IMG/VR virus record: IMGVR_UViG_3300042554_001750
Length of the DNA stretch: 64,000 nucleotides
Source of the DNA: a virus
Lineage: Duplodnaviria; Caudoviricetes
Reading direction: 5' to 3' (one strand)
Below are positions 1 through 9,142 of this stretch, in pieces (the first letter of the stretch is position 1; each line of letters begins with the position of its first letter). The notes beneath the pieces are model-generated. The model saw only the letters and a program-made list of their open reading frames with translations, was not told where the DNA came from and searched no databases. The position numbers and the translations under genes are program-made.

Positions 1-1
1 T

Positions 2-394
2 ATAGTTAGAGATATGTTCGTTTTTTAATTTCAGCATCATAATTTTTTTGCTGTAATAGTCACGAACCTTACCTGCTAATTCTTTATCTTCGTCAGTTAC
101 TAACGGGAACAAATCTCTATCCAGAAGCTTACTAATTGTAGGGCGAATGGCTAGATTAGTATCTGTAGAACTGTTTCGTATTCTATACCAAGCACAACTC
201 AATGCCAACAAATCTTCTTCTGATTCGTAAATTTCGTATTTTTTAAAATACTTAGATTGTTGTTCTTCACCAAAAGAAAAAATATTCACATTTCCAGATC
301 CTTGAATGGTACCGTTCGTAGACAAACTATTAGGGAAAGTAATGTTACCTAATATTTTATTAATTTGTTGAGCGGATAATTTTGTATTAGCCAA
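2..394 (-). CDS. Hypothetical protein, 3' end runs off the window (TTG start overlapping uvsY stop)
   Basis: Hand translation from TTG at 394 gives an open frame (LANTKLSAQQINKILG...KLKNEHISNY) to the window edge; not in ORF track. Confidence 0.6.
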   Translation of the reverse strand, partial: MANTKLSAQQINKILGNITFPNSLSTNGTIQGSGNVNIFSFGEEQQSKYFKKYEIYESEEDLLALSCAWYRIRNSSTDTNLAIRPTISKLLDRDLFPLVTDEDKELAGKVRDYYSKKIMMLKLKNEHISNY

Positions 395-845
395 TTGTAA
401 TGTCCTCCATACCGGCTGTTCGTAATCTTACAATGTGTCCCATCTGCCATTGTTTGGCTTCAAGACCCTTCATAATGCCTAACCAACGATTGCGTAGTAG
501 TGCTACTTCATTGATAATGGTTTCAAAGTCAATGACTTCATCCTCACCATCAACATACTTTTCAGCATCACGGCTAGTCAATGCTCTATTATACGCTTCT
601 AAATATTTTTGAAAATGCTTTCGGCGAATTTTCCTAAGTTGTATGTTGAGGTAATTTAACACAGCCTCAATTTCTTGAAGCTGGTTAAATCTATGCTCAG
701 TAACACCCGGTAGGTTGGCAATGTTCTTTTCTACATTGCCATAAATGGAAACTTCTTTTTTTGCCGAGATTAATTCTGATTCATAATGTGTAATAAAATC
801 GGGTATCACACCAAGATTTTGTGTGACTTTAGTGTACCAATTCAT
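387..845 (-). CDS. uvsY: UvsY-like recombination mediator protein
   Basis: 152 aa helical protein with YLEAYNRALTSRDAEKYVDGE motif resembling T4 UvsY; near uvsX and gp32. Confidence 0.75.
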   Translation of the reverse strand: MNWYTKVTQNLGVIPDFITHYESELISAKKEVSIYGNVEKNIANLPGVTEHRFNQLQEIEAVLNYLNIQLRKIRRKHFQKYLEAYNRALTSRDAEKYVDGEDEVIDFETIINEVALLRNRWLGIMKGLEAKQWQMGHIVRLRTAGMEDITIG

Positions 846-848
846 TCA

Positions 849-1094
849 TCACCATTCTTCATCTTCGTCGTCGTAATCTTCTTCGTATTCTTCTTCTAAT
901 TCATGTTCACTGACATAATCTTTGAGTGCGTTCAAAATTTCTTTTTCACCACGGAAAGATTCTTTGATTTCATCTGCTTCATAATTGTTGTCAATTAAAA
1001 AGCTAACCAATGTGTCAGCGGCATCTTTTCTTTCAGAGATATCAATATGACCTCTTAATGCATCCCATACTTCTGCTACAAAATCTAAACTCAT
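849..1094 (-). CDS. Small very acidic hypothetical protein
   Basis: 81 aa, 29 D/E vs 7 K/R by hand count, acidic tail; packed in operon. Confidence 0.7.
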   Translation of the reverse strand: MSLDFVAEVWDALRGHIDISERKDAADTLVSFLIDNNYEADEIKESFRGEKEILNALKDYVSEHELEEEYEEDYDDEDEEW

Positions 1095-1840
1095 TCTGTA
1101 ATGTTCTCCTCTGTTGATACATTACTTATCTTTGAATTATATTTTTCAACAAACCATCCTTTACATGAACCGCGGGCTGGTATCTTTTTATTTCTCATAA
1201 TCTTTTCCATAGTAGGCACACTTAAATTGTGTAGGTTACAAAAATTATAAAACCCCTCAGCTATATATTCAACTGAATCGGGTGAAATAAATCTATAGGT
1301 TTTTATATTGTTTTTGTTACCCTTCATTCTTTCTGAATGTTTCTTTTTGTTTTCGTCTGTGTGGTGCTTGTTATAAAACCCGTTCTTCTCACCTGTGACA
1401 CCTAACCCAATTTTCTTTTTTGTTTCTGCTGTCATGGGTTTTCTGCCATTTTCTAATAGAGTATTTTTATAACTTTCTATTCTTTTTTCTAAATGAGCAG
1501 GTGCTTGCTTTTTACCTTTATGAGAAGGGGGTCGTTTATCTAAACAAATGTTGGTCAATATACCGCCTTCATCAATATTTTCTCTCCCGTATTTTTTAAT
1601 ATAAGATGCCTCAATCTCATATGCGACATTTTCATCAATAATATTGTCAGTCAAAATACTTATAGGTATCTCGTATCCCTGTTCTCGTAAATATTGAATC
1701 TTAAAGAACTTATGACGATTATCAGTATTGTCAATAGTTTCCTTGAAGTGATCCAAATGTCTTTGATTTTCAGTTTTACCTTTACCTATATAAAAAGGAA
1801 GGTTGGTTCTATTATCTATTAGGGCGTATATGTAATACAT
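1091..1840 (-). CDS. Free-standing GIY-YIG homing endonuclease with NUMOD3-type DNA-binding repeats (start likely second ATG at 1840, not 1852)
   Basis: YIYAL...FYIGKG GIY-YIG motif; GEKNGFYNKHHTDENKKKHS NUMOD3-like motif; GGAG 6 nt before ATG 1840. Confidence 0.85.
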   Translation of the reverse strand: MYYIYALIDNRTNLPFYIGKGKTENQRHLDHFKETIDNTDNRHKFFKIQYLREQGYEIPISILTDNIIDENVAYEIEASYIKKYGRENIDEGGILTNICLDKRPPSHKGKKQAPAHLEKRIESYKNTLLENGRKPMTAETKKKIGLGVTGEKNGFYNKHHTDENKKKHSERMKGNKNNIKTYRFISPDSVEYIAEGFYNFCNLHNLSVPTMEKIMRNKKIPARGSCKGWFVEKYNSKISNVSTEENITE

Positions 1841-1877
1841 AGCAGTCTCCATAATATTATTTATGCTAACTGCTATG
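1838..1877 (-). promoter_or_regulatory. Translation-blocking hairpin over the endonuclease start codon with late-promoter motif in its loop
   Basis: Minus strand CATAGCAGT...ACTGCTATG 9-bp stem; ATAAATA (1858-1864) in loop. Confidence 0.75.
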
Positions 1878-1887
1878 AATCCATATT

Positions 1888-2943
1888 TTATTCTTCATCA
1901 GGAGATTCCATCGGAGTTTCTTTGGGTGAAAGCATGATATCTTTCATTACAATATTCAGACAATTATCGTCATTTCGCTCCCAGCCTTTGCGAAACTTTT
2001 TTATGATTTCTCCGTCTTTTGTGGTATATACCAGACTATTACCTTCTTTTGAGAGTAATCCTTTTCCTTCAATCAAATCTGTAAGACCTGAAAACGGACT
2101 CATACCTTGGTCGTACGGGATCTTAACTTGAACACTTTCAAATGGTTTTGCGTAGCGAGTTTTCATAACCTTACAAGCACTACGAATACCTCTAACTTCA
2201 CTTACCTTGTTGCCATCTTCATCTTCTTTAAGTTTGAGTTTACGCATAGCAACAACAATACTTGAAGCATAGATAAAGCCTTGACCACCTGAAATCTTAT
2301 CATCAGGATCAAACATATCTTGTGAAGCATATGTGTGATTAGTCGCAACCAATCCTACATTGTGACTGCCAAACATATTAACACAGTTGCGAACAAGTGC
2401 CGTCAATGCCTTAGGCTTACGACCCATGTCACCCTTCATGTCACCTGCTTCAAACTGATTAACATCAGTAGGTGTCAGTAGCATACCTAGACTGTCAATG
2501 ATGAAAAGAACTTTAGGCTTATCATCAGCAGGCAGTGCCTTGTAGTTCTTCATAAACTCTGAAATAGTCTTGGCAACATCATCAATCATTGCCATGTTGA
2601 GTTTCAATAGTTTATCTTCACTGGTATCTACACCGAGTGCTTTCAGCCAATCTTCATCCAAGGCATTTTCTGAGTCAACCAAGACAACAAAGATGCCTTG
2701 TTGTTGTGCGTGTCTGACGAGGTTGCCTGAACAGATGTATGACTTTCCTGATCCTGACTCTCCGGCAAAGACAGTAACTTTACCAAGAGGTACGCCTTTA
2801 TTAAAGTCACCACTAATGAGGTAATTGAGAGCATAATTTCCTGTACTCACCCAATCTGTCGGGTCATTGAAACCAATGCTCAAGCCCTCAATAGACTTGG
2901 TGATATCCTTTCTAAATTTACTTACGTCAAATGGCTTTCCCAT
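1888..2943 (-). CDS. uvsX: RecA/UvsX-family recombinase
   Basis: Walker A GESGSGKS, VDSE, IIDSL Walker B, TNH and ISGG motifs of RecA family. Confidence 0.95.
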   Translation of the reverse strand: MGKPFDVSKFRKDITKSIEGLSIGFNDPTDWVSTGNYALNYLISGDFNKGVPLGKVTVFAGESGSGKSYICSGNLVRHAQQQGIFVVLVDSENALDEDWLKALGVDTSEDKLLKLNMAMIDDVAKTISEFMKNYKALPADDKPKVLFIIDSLGMLLTPTDVNQFEAGDMKGDMGRKPKALTALVRNCVNMFGSHNVGLVATNHTYASQDMFDPDDKISGGQGFIYASSIVVAMRKLKLKEDEDGNKVSEVRGIRSACKVMKTRYAKPFESVQVKIPYDQGMSPFSGLTDLIEGKGLLSKEGNSLVYTTKDGEIIKKFRKGWERNDDNCLNIVMKDIMLSPKETPMESPDEE

Positions 2944-2944
2944 A

Positions 2945-3133
2945 TTAATTATCCAACTTTTTAATGTTATATTCTTTAATCATTTCAATCAGTTGTTCTT
3001 CGGTGTTACACACAATTTTAGTAGTTTTCCAATCATTTTCTGTGTCACGCCCGCTGATTTCAATCATCCAACCATTATCATAACGATAAATGGTAAAGGA
3101 ATCACTTACTTTATCAAGTTTATTAAGTTTCAT
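2945..3133 (-). CDS. Hypothetical protein
   Basis: 62 aa ORF packed between neighbours. Confidence 0.6.
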   Translation of the reverse strand: MKLNKLDKVSDSFTIYRYDNGWMIEISGRDTENDWKTTKIVCNTEEQLIEMIKEYNIKKLDN

Positions 3134-3142
3134 TTTATTTCC

Positions 3143-3379
3143 TTATTTTGTAATGCCGTTTGTATACAGTCTATCAGTAAATGATAGTTTGTCAAGGTAT
3201 TCTGGGCAGTTATCGGCAATCCGTTCTAGTTCAAAATCACTAGGATAATGCCTTAGGCAACCTCTTGCCCTATCTCTTACAACACTGGGTACTCTAGGAG
3301 TACGACCAGGATCGCATAACTCTTCCAGTAATTTTTTACTTTGCTTTAAAGCCCGAAATCTTTCATCTGGTAATGTCAT
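3143..3379 (-). CDS. Hypothetical protein resembling BPSL0761-type small proteins
   Basis: MTLPDER...TPRVP...RARGCLRHYP motif; GGAG RBS upstream. Confidence 0.6.
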   Translation of the reverse strand: MTLPDERFRALKQSKKLLEELCDPGRTPRVPSVVRDRARGCLRHYPSDFELERIADNCPEYLDKLSFTDRLYTNGITK

Positions 3380-3392
3380 AGTTATCTCCTAT

Positions 3393-3410
3393 GGAAGGGG
3401 CCTAAGCCCC
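3393..3410 (-). terminator. Stem-loop after gp32 (weak U-tract)
   Basis: AAGGGGC-TTAG-GCCCCTT inverted repeat. Confidence 0.45.
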
Positions 3411-3419
3411 TTATTCCGT

Positions 3420-4421
3420 TTAAGCAGACTTATTCTGTCTTGCTCGGATCATTGCCAAAATGTCTTGTGCTTTATCGCTTGATGGGGCACTAGGAACCTT
3501 GACAGGTTGTGAAGATGTTTGTGGTTCTTCATCTTCCCAAGGAGCAGAAGATTCTGCTACGGGTTGTTTAACGGGTGCACTGGTTCCAGCAGTCGCAGTT
3601 GGTTCAGCCGTTGTAGAACCTGCAGGAGCTTCAAGTCCATAAGGACGATAGTATTGACCCCAACGCTCATTATCGTAAGGCTTACCATCAACACTTGCTT
3701 CAAACATTTCTTTGATAACACGAAGTTCTGCTTCAGTGGGCTTCTTGGGCAAGAAGTCAGCAAGATTAAACAAGCCATGACTTTCAAGTGCGGCTTGTTC
3801 AGCCTCAGTCAATGAGCTTTCCTTACGGGCCCAGTTTGAAGTACTGTAATCAGCATAACCACCTTTGCTGGTCTTCTTAATGTTGAAATCAAGACCGCGC
3901 ATATAATCAGTTGGCAATTCTTCCATTTCAGGATCCATCAAACTAGACTTGATGATAGTAAAGATTTGCGGGCTGATAATGAACCTGCGAATAGGGTTAG
4001 CAGGAGCCTTGTCATCACCTAAAGGATTTGTACGAACGAAACCCTGGAACAAATAACTACGCTTCTTCCAATACTTGTTAGCCATTTCTTTCAATGACTC
4101 ATCCTTATACCAAGGACGAACTTCTGCCAAAACTGGGCAACTGTCGCCATACATCTCCGTGCACGGAACTTGTACAACAACTTGCTTCATGTTTGGATCA
4201 CCCTTCACACCATTGAAGGGAAGCTTAATGATTTGACGCTCTACCCAAAAGAATGTGTTGCTAGAGTTGGCATCGGGCAAAAATCGCACAGTAGCGATTG
4301 TACCTTCATCCATATTCCAGTGGGGGTAGATTGCGTTATCAGATGTAGCGCCTGATGCGCCTTTGTTTGACTTGTTTTCTTGGGCAGCAATTCGTGCCCT
4401 GATTTCTGCTAATGAGGCCAT
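3420..4421 (-). CDS. gp32: T4 gp32-like single-stranded DNA-binding protein
   Basis: ATVRFLPD, FWVER, CPV, YWKKRSY, F.IKKTSKGGYADY motifs; low-complexity C-terminal linker; AAGGAG RBS. Confidence 0.9.
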   Translation of the reverse strand: MASLAEIRARIAAQENKSNKGASGATSDNAIYPHWNMDEGTIATVRFLPDANSSNTFFWVERQIIKLPFNGVKGDPNMKQVVVQVPCTEMYGDSCPVLAEVRPWYKDESLKEMANKYWKKRSYLFQGFVRTNPLGDDKAPANPIRRFIISPQIFTIIKSSLMDPEMEELPTDYMRGLDFNIKKTSKGGYADYSTSNWARKESSLTEAEQAALESHGLFNLADFLPKKPTEAELRVIKEMFEASVDGKPYDNERWGQYYRPYGLEAPAGSTTAEPTATAGTSAPVKQPVAESSAPWEDEEPQTSSQPVKVPSAPSSDKAQDILAMIRARQNKSA

Positions 4422-4504
4422 AATATTTCTCCTTAAGTTGGTCTTTGTTGAGCCTAATATAAATTCGCTGATTCCCTATGAATCAACTAACATACACAAT
4501 ATGA

Positions 4505-4544
4505 ATATTAAACTATTCTCGGTGCCTATGTCAATAGTATTTAT
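4505..4544 (-). promoter_or_regulatory. Tandem late (ATAAATA) and sigma70-like (TTGACA-N18-TAATAT) promoters for gp32
   Basis: ATAAATA 4538-4544; TTGACA 4529-4534; TAATAT 4505-4510. Confidence 0.55.
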
Positions 4545-4567
4545 CCCATTAATGGGAAAACACAAAA

Positions 4568-7500
4568 TTAAAACTGTATAACTGGTGATGTGGGCGGTGT
4601 GAAGTTAGCTGTATAACGGGCTACACCGTTTGTTACTCGTAAGTCATCTATGTAGCCGTTGAATTCAGTGAAATAACTTTCTCCCCCGTACCCTACATAG
4701 AGTGGTTGAGTGGTAAATGTAATATTTGTGCTATTTGACCCAGTGCCGGATGCCACCCCGTTTATATACCAAGTCCAAGTGCTTCCGTTACGCACAAACG
4801 CAAGGTGAGTCCAGGTATTTGCAGTGATCGCACTAGTGGCTGTTGTGTAAATATCCGAACCGCCTGTCAATCCGTTATAATGAATACTGGGTGTCCCTGC
4901 ATTAAGGTGCATCACAAATTTGGGCACACCACCAGGTCCGCCACTTAGTGCATAAAAACCGCGTATTCCGGCAATGCTACTTGGGTATAACCAGGCTTCA
5001 AAAGTAAAACTTCCAGTACCTAAATTATTATTTACTGAGAATGGTGAGACCAAGTAATCGCCAGTGCCATCAAACGACATACTGCTATTACCGTATTTCT
5101 TGATTACTCCAGTGGTACTAGCATTGCCCAGTGTTTCGTAAGTGGCCATCATGGCACTGTCGTAAATGGCTGCACTGGTACCGTTAGCCAATATCAGGGT
5201 GTTTTGTATAGGCTGTAATGGTGCCACTGGTGGTGCAAAAGACGCAGTATAAAGAACTGTGCCTCTAATGTATCTTAGATTAGATATGTATCCAGTCCAA
5301 AACTTTGCAGGATTTAAAGTGCTACCAATATAAAAATTTTGAGTTGTTTGATCATAATAAGTTCCTGTAGCGGAACTGCCAGACGCAACGCCATTTATAT
5401 AGTAACTGATAGTATTATCAGACCTAGTTACAACAACGTGGTTCCATTGATTTATGCGTACAACAGAAGAACCCGAAGATGTTCCAACGGATGCTCCGTC
5501 TCCATTATTATCTGACTGTACAGTTCCATTGGTGTTAACCATGAGACTTAATCCTCTGGAATTGCCGTTAAATGTACCAAAAAACGCACTTTGGGCTGCT
5601 AGACTGGTTGGATATAACCAAACCTCTATAGTCCAATTACCATTGGTAAGATTAAGTACTGGTGATAAAACACTAACTAAGTAATCCCCAGTACCATCAA
5701 AATACATGCTGCCACCGTAATTTGCCACACTGTAAGTAGCATTGCTACCAGTGGTACTAGTCCAGCCAAATGGGTTGAATTGAGTGGGCTGGCTGTTACC
5801 AAAGACGGTTATGGCGAAGTTGTTGGTGCTATTATCAACGAATGTGGCGTTTTGGCATGTTAGTAGACTTGTACCTGACACTGCGGTTAGTGGTGCAGTT
5901 GGGGGCGTGAATGCTGCTGTGTAAACTGCTGTGCCTTTGACCAAACGCACATTGGATATGTATCCTGTACATACACCTGTTACACTTCCGTTGAAAAATT
6001 CAGCTCCTATATACGTTGTTCCCGAAAATGTAGCCGATGAAGTCCAAGTACCCAGTGAAGCTCCGTTTAAATAGAGAGTCACTGTTGTTCCTGCCCGAAC
6101 CACAGCAACATGTGACCAAGTTCCAACTGCAGGTAATGTTGCACTACTGATACGGTTAGCTCCATTGGAATACACTATTAGTGCAGATCCTGTACTACCT
6201 ATATAAACTTCAATCCCCGTAGAAGTAAAAGAATCTCCAAGAGTAAAGAAAAAGTTGTTGCCGCTTGCAGAACGGTAAACCCAAAACTCAATAGTAAAGT
6301 CTGCATTTAGTGTAGTGGCAGCATTATTTGGCGCTGTCAAATAATCCCCAGTGCCATCAAAGTAACCACTATAACTTGTGGGAGTAGTCAACACTGGGTT
6401 GAAGGGGTTGAAGCGTTGTACGCTAACATCACCGTTTCTTGTTATAGTAAAGTTGTTACCACTGTCATCTATGAATCTATTATCAGCACAAGTTAGTAGG
6501 CTGGTGTTAGCGATTGGTGTGAGAGGTGCTGTGGGTGGCGTGAACGCTGCGGTATATACTGCTGTACCTCTTACTATGCGTAAATTTGAAATATAACCAT
6601 TGTATCCAGTATTTTGCACCGAACCTAAATTTAAGGTAGAACCCGAGGGCCCCTGTGGGGTACCAGATTTTGATACTGAAAATGCTTGAACCCCGTTAAT
6701 GTAACCCTTAAGGGTGGAATTTGAATTAGTGTAAACCATGGCAACATGAGTCCAGGTGTTCAAAGCAACAGTAGAAGTACTGACTGCGTTAGTTACTCCA
6801 GCACCATTATAGTAATAAAAATATAAGTTACCCGATGAATTTGTACCAAAACTCCAGTATGTATCTGCACTAGTTGGTAAACCATATGCAACTTGTAATG
6901 GCAAACTATTAGTAGCACTCTGGGCGTTTACTCTATTGAAAATCCACATTTCAATAGTGTAATCTGTGTCCCACCACTGGACTGTAGATGCACTGTAAGG
7001 CATTGTTAAATAATCTCCAGTGCCATCAAAATAATTGCTCCAGCCACCACCATAGGGCGTAAAACTGCCCTGTGTTGTATTACCATTTCTAGTAATTAAA
7101 AAGTTACTGGCACTACTATCCAAAAACATATTATTGTTGTTGGGCTGATTGTTTTGTAGTGTTAGTAGTTGTGTGTTTGCAACTGCGGTTAATGGTGCTG
7201 TGGGCACAGTTATAGTGGTTTGCGTAGGGTTATATACTGCTGTGCCCTTTACAAATCTTACATTTGATATGTAGCCAGTAACACCCTGTGCGACCGTTTC
7301 ATTATTGCCTATGCGAAGCTCACCTTGAGCAAAACTTGTACTATTAGTAACAGTACCGCCGTCTGTGCGAGAACCATTGATCCAGAGTGACATAGTAGTT
7401 CCGCTTCTTGATGCTGCAATATGTACCCATTGATTCAATGGCATATTGATGTTAGAAGTCAATAAATCGGCAACACCATAACTTCTAATTACAACCTTAC

Positions 7501-9097
7501 TGCCAGTAACATAAACAATCAAGCCGTTGGTTGCGTTTATCAAATAGAAAACTGGATTGCTGGCCAGACTCGAGGTGTATGCCCAGAACTCAACCGTGAA
7601 ATCCGCCGGTGCTGCAAATGCTGTATTACTGGCCAGTGAAAGATAATCACCAGTGCCATCAAAATATCCCGAACCATAAGTGCTGTAGGCACTGAGAGGT
7701 ATGAATGGATCAAAACCACTTATTGATACACTACCGCTGACCGTTACGGTGAAATTATTTGTGCTATTGTCAATGAATCTATTGCTCTGGCATGTGAGCA
7801 ATTGTGTATTTGTGATGGTTGTAAGCGGAGTTGTACTTGGGGTAAAGTTTCCAGTGTATACAATTGTACCACGGACATATCTGAGATTGCTTATAAATCC
7901 CTTCCAGCCCAGTGTTGATATACCAAAGTTACCAAATTGACCAATAGTCAAGGGTTGATTTGATGCAAAGATTGAGGCTGCGTCCGTGGTTGACCCAGTG
8001 GCGACACCATTCACATAAAATGTATAGACACCAGCACCAGTACGTGTAAAGGCAAAATGATACCATTGTCCCGCTGTTACAGTAAATGAGTTTGAATATA
8101 TAAATGCGTCTGTGCTTCCATTGGTCGTGTAGTAAACTTGTAGTTTTCCGTTTGCCAAACTAAAGCCCCATGCCCGTTGCCCGGTGGCCACTTGTGACAC
8201 AATGTAATATTGATCACTTGTGTTATATGATTCTAGATAACAGAATGCTTCAACAGTTATGTCAGTATCCAAATTCCAGGCTGCATTGTCAGGAACAGTA
8301 AGGGCATTAGTAGATGTAAAATAATTACTGTAATATCCGGGCGTATATGGACCAAAGTTATTTGGTCTTGTATCACCAATCACACTAACAGCAAAATTGT
8401 TTGTGCTGGCATCACTAACGAATGTGCTGGATGGATTACTAGCACTCAACAATGTGGTTACATATTCAAAGTTAGCATCGCCAGCAGCGATAGTAATACT
8501 AAATGCTCGGGGACTTTCTTGCGCTTGGCCGTCTATGGCTTCAACAGTAAAATTGTAGGTGGTTTCGCTAGTAATACCAGTAACTGTGCCACTCAACAAC
8601 CCACCGCTAGATAAACTTAGTCCGGGAGGTAATGTACTACCCGCCTGTAATGCATAAGTCACCGGGGCATCTCCCGTAGCACTGAACTGTATGCTAATTG
8701 CACTATCCACTTGGCCACCAGTGAGTGTGCTGCCAGTGACCCATGTGGGATCACCACTGTATGTTAAACCGTTTACTAATATTGCTACGCCACCATTGCT
8801 CACAGTAACATACACAATATATGTTCCGGCTGCTTGTGCGGGTACTTGCACATTTAAGGTTGTGCTGTTTACAAAAGTAACACTGGTTGCTGTCACACTG
8901 CCTATGACCACCTGAGTTCCAGCAGTAAAGTTAGTTCCGGTAATTTTAATATATCCACCACTAGTGCTTACAGCAGTATCGTCTTTGACAACATAACCAC
9001 TGGTTGTAATCTGAACTTGCGTGATAGTGGGGGCAGTTGAACTCAGTGCTGTGATAGTCGCAGGGCTAAGGTTGGTAAGGTCAATATAGGTTGGCAT
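4568..9097 (-). CDS. Virion/tail protein: IPT/TIG + putative Ig (He_PIG) domains + six LamG/concanavalin-A-like modules
   Basis: ITGTNF...VTFVNSTTLNVQVP (IPT); LPPGLSLSSGGLLSGT (He_PIG); six repeats bounded by YFDGTGDYL...WxHxA...GYISNxR...YTxxFTP. Confidence 0.8.
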   Translation of the reverse strand: MPTYIDLTNLSPATITALSSTAPTITQVQITTSGYVVKDDTAVSTSGGYIKITGTNFTAGTQVVIGSVTATSVTFVNSTTLNVQVPAQAAGTYIVYVTVSNGGVAILVNGLTYSGDPTWVTGSTLTGGQVDSAISIQFSATGDAPVTYALQAGSTLPPGLSLSSGGLLSGTVTGITSETTYNFTVEAIDGQAQESPRAFSITIAAGDANFEYVTTLLSASNPSSTFVSDASTNNFAVSVIGDTRPNNFGPYTPGYYSNYFTSTNALTVPDNAAWNLDTDITVEAFCYLESYNTSDQYYIVSQVATGQRAWGFSLANGKLQVYYTTNGSTDAFIYSNSFTVTAGQWYHFAFTRTGAGVYTFYVNGVATGSTTDAASIFASNQPLTIGQFGNFGISTLGWKGFISNLRYVRGTIVYTGNFTPSTTPLTTITNTQLLTCQSNRFIDNSTNNFTVTVSGSVSISGFDPFIPLSAYSTYGSGYFDGTGDYLSLASNTAFAAPADFTVEFWAYTSSLASNPVFYLINATNGLIVYVTGSKVVIRSYGVADLLTSNINMPLNQWVHIAASRSGTTMSLWINGSRTDGGTVTNSTSFAQGELRIGNNETVAQGVTGYISNVRFVKGTAVYNPTQTTITVPTAPLTAVANTQLLTLQNNQPNNNNMFLDSSASNFLITRNGNTTQGSFTPYGGGWSNYFDGTGDYLTMPYSASTVQWWDTDYTIEMWIFNRVNAQSATNSLPLQVAYGLPTSADTYWSFGTNSSGNLYFYYYNGAGVTNAVSTSTVALNTWTHVAMVYTNSNSTLKGYINGVQAFSVSKSGTPQGPSGSTLNLGSVQNTGYNGYISNLRIVRGTAVYTAAFTPPTAPLTPIANTSLLTCADNRFIDDSGNNFTITRNGDVSVQRFNPFNPVLTTPTSYSGYFDGTGDYLTAPNNAATTLNADFTIEFWVYRSASGNNFFFTLGDSFTSTGIEVYIGSTGSALIVYSNGANRISSATLPAVGTWSHVAVVRAGTTVTLYLNGASLGTWTSSATFSGTTYIGAEFFNGSVTGVCTGYISNVRLVKGTAVYTAAFTPPTAPLTAVSGTSLLTCQNATFVDNSTNNFAITVFGNSQPTQFNPFGWTSTTGSNATYSVANYGGSMYFDGTGDYLVSVLSPVLNLTNGNWTIEVWLYPTSLAAQSAFFGTFNGNSRGLSLMVNTNGTVQSDNNGDGASVGTSSGSSVVRINQWNHVVVTRSDNTISYYINGVASGSSATGTYYDQTTQNFYIGSTLNPAKFWTGYISNLRYIRGTVLYTASFAPPVAPLQPIQNTLILANGTSAAIYDSAMMATYETLGNASTTGVIKKYGNSSMSFDGTGDYLVSPFSVNNNLGTGSFTFEAWLYPSSIAGIRGFYALSGGPGGVPKFVMHLNAGTPSIHYNGLTGGSDIYTTATSAITANTWTHLAFVRNGSTWTWYINGVASGTGSNSTNITFTTQPLYVGYGGESYFTEFNGYIDDLRVTNGVARYTANFTPPTSPVIQF

Positions 9098-9104
9098 AAG
9101 CAGT

Positions 9105-9130
9105 AATACTCACAATATGTGAGTATTTAT
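9105..9130 (-). promoter_or_regulatory. Late-promoter motif overlapping a 10-bp hairpin
   Basis: ATAAATACTC (9121-9130); AATACTCACA-TAT-TGTGAGTATT (9105-9127). Confidence 0.6.
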
Positions 9131-9142
9131 CTGAAAAATGTT

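Noticed and set aside
1888-2943. Intein or intron in uvsX
   Set aside because: Normal RecA length (351 aa) with contiguous motifs
3420-4421. Loss of gp32 zinc site (CPVL instead of CPVC) as a novelty
   Set aside because: Zinc-ligand variation is common among T4-like SSBs; not distinctive without alignment
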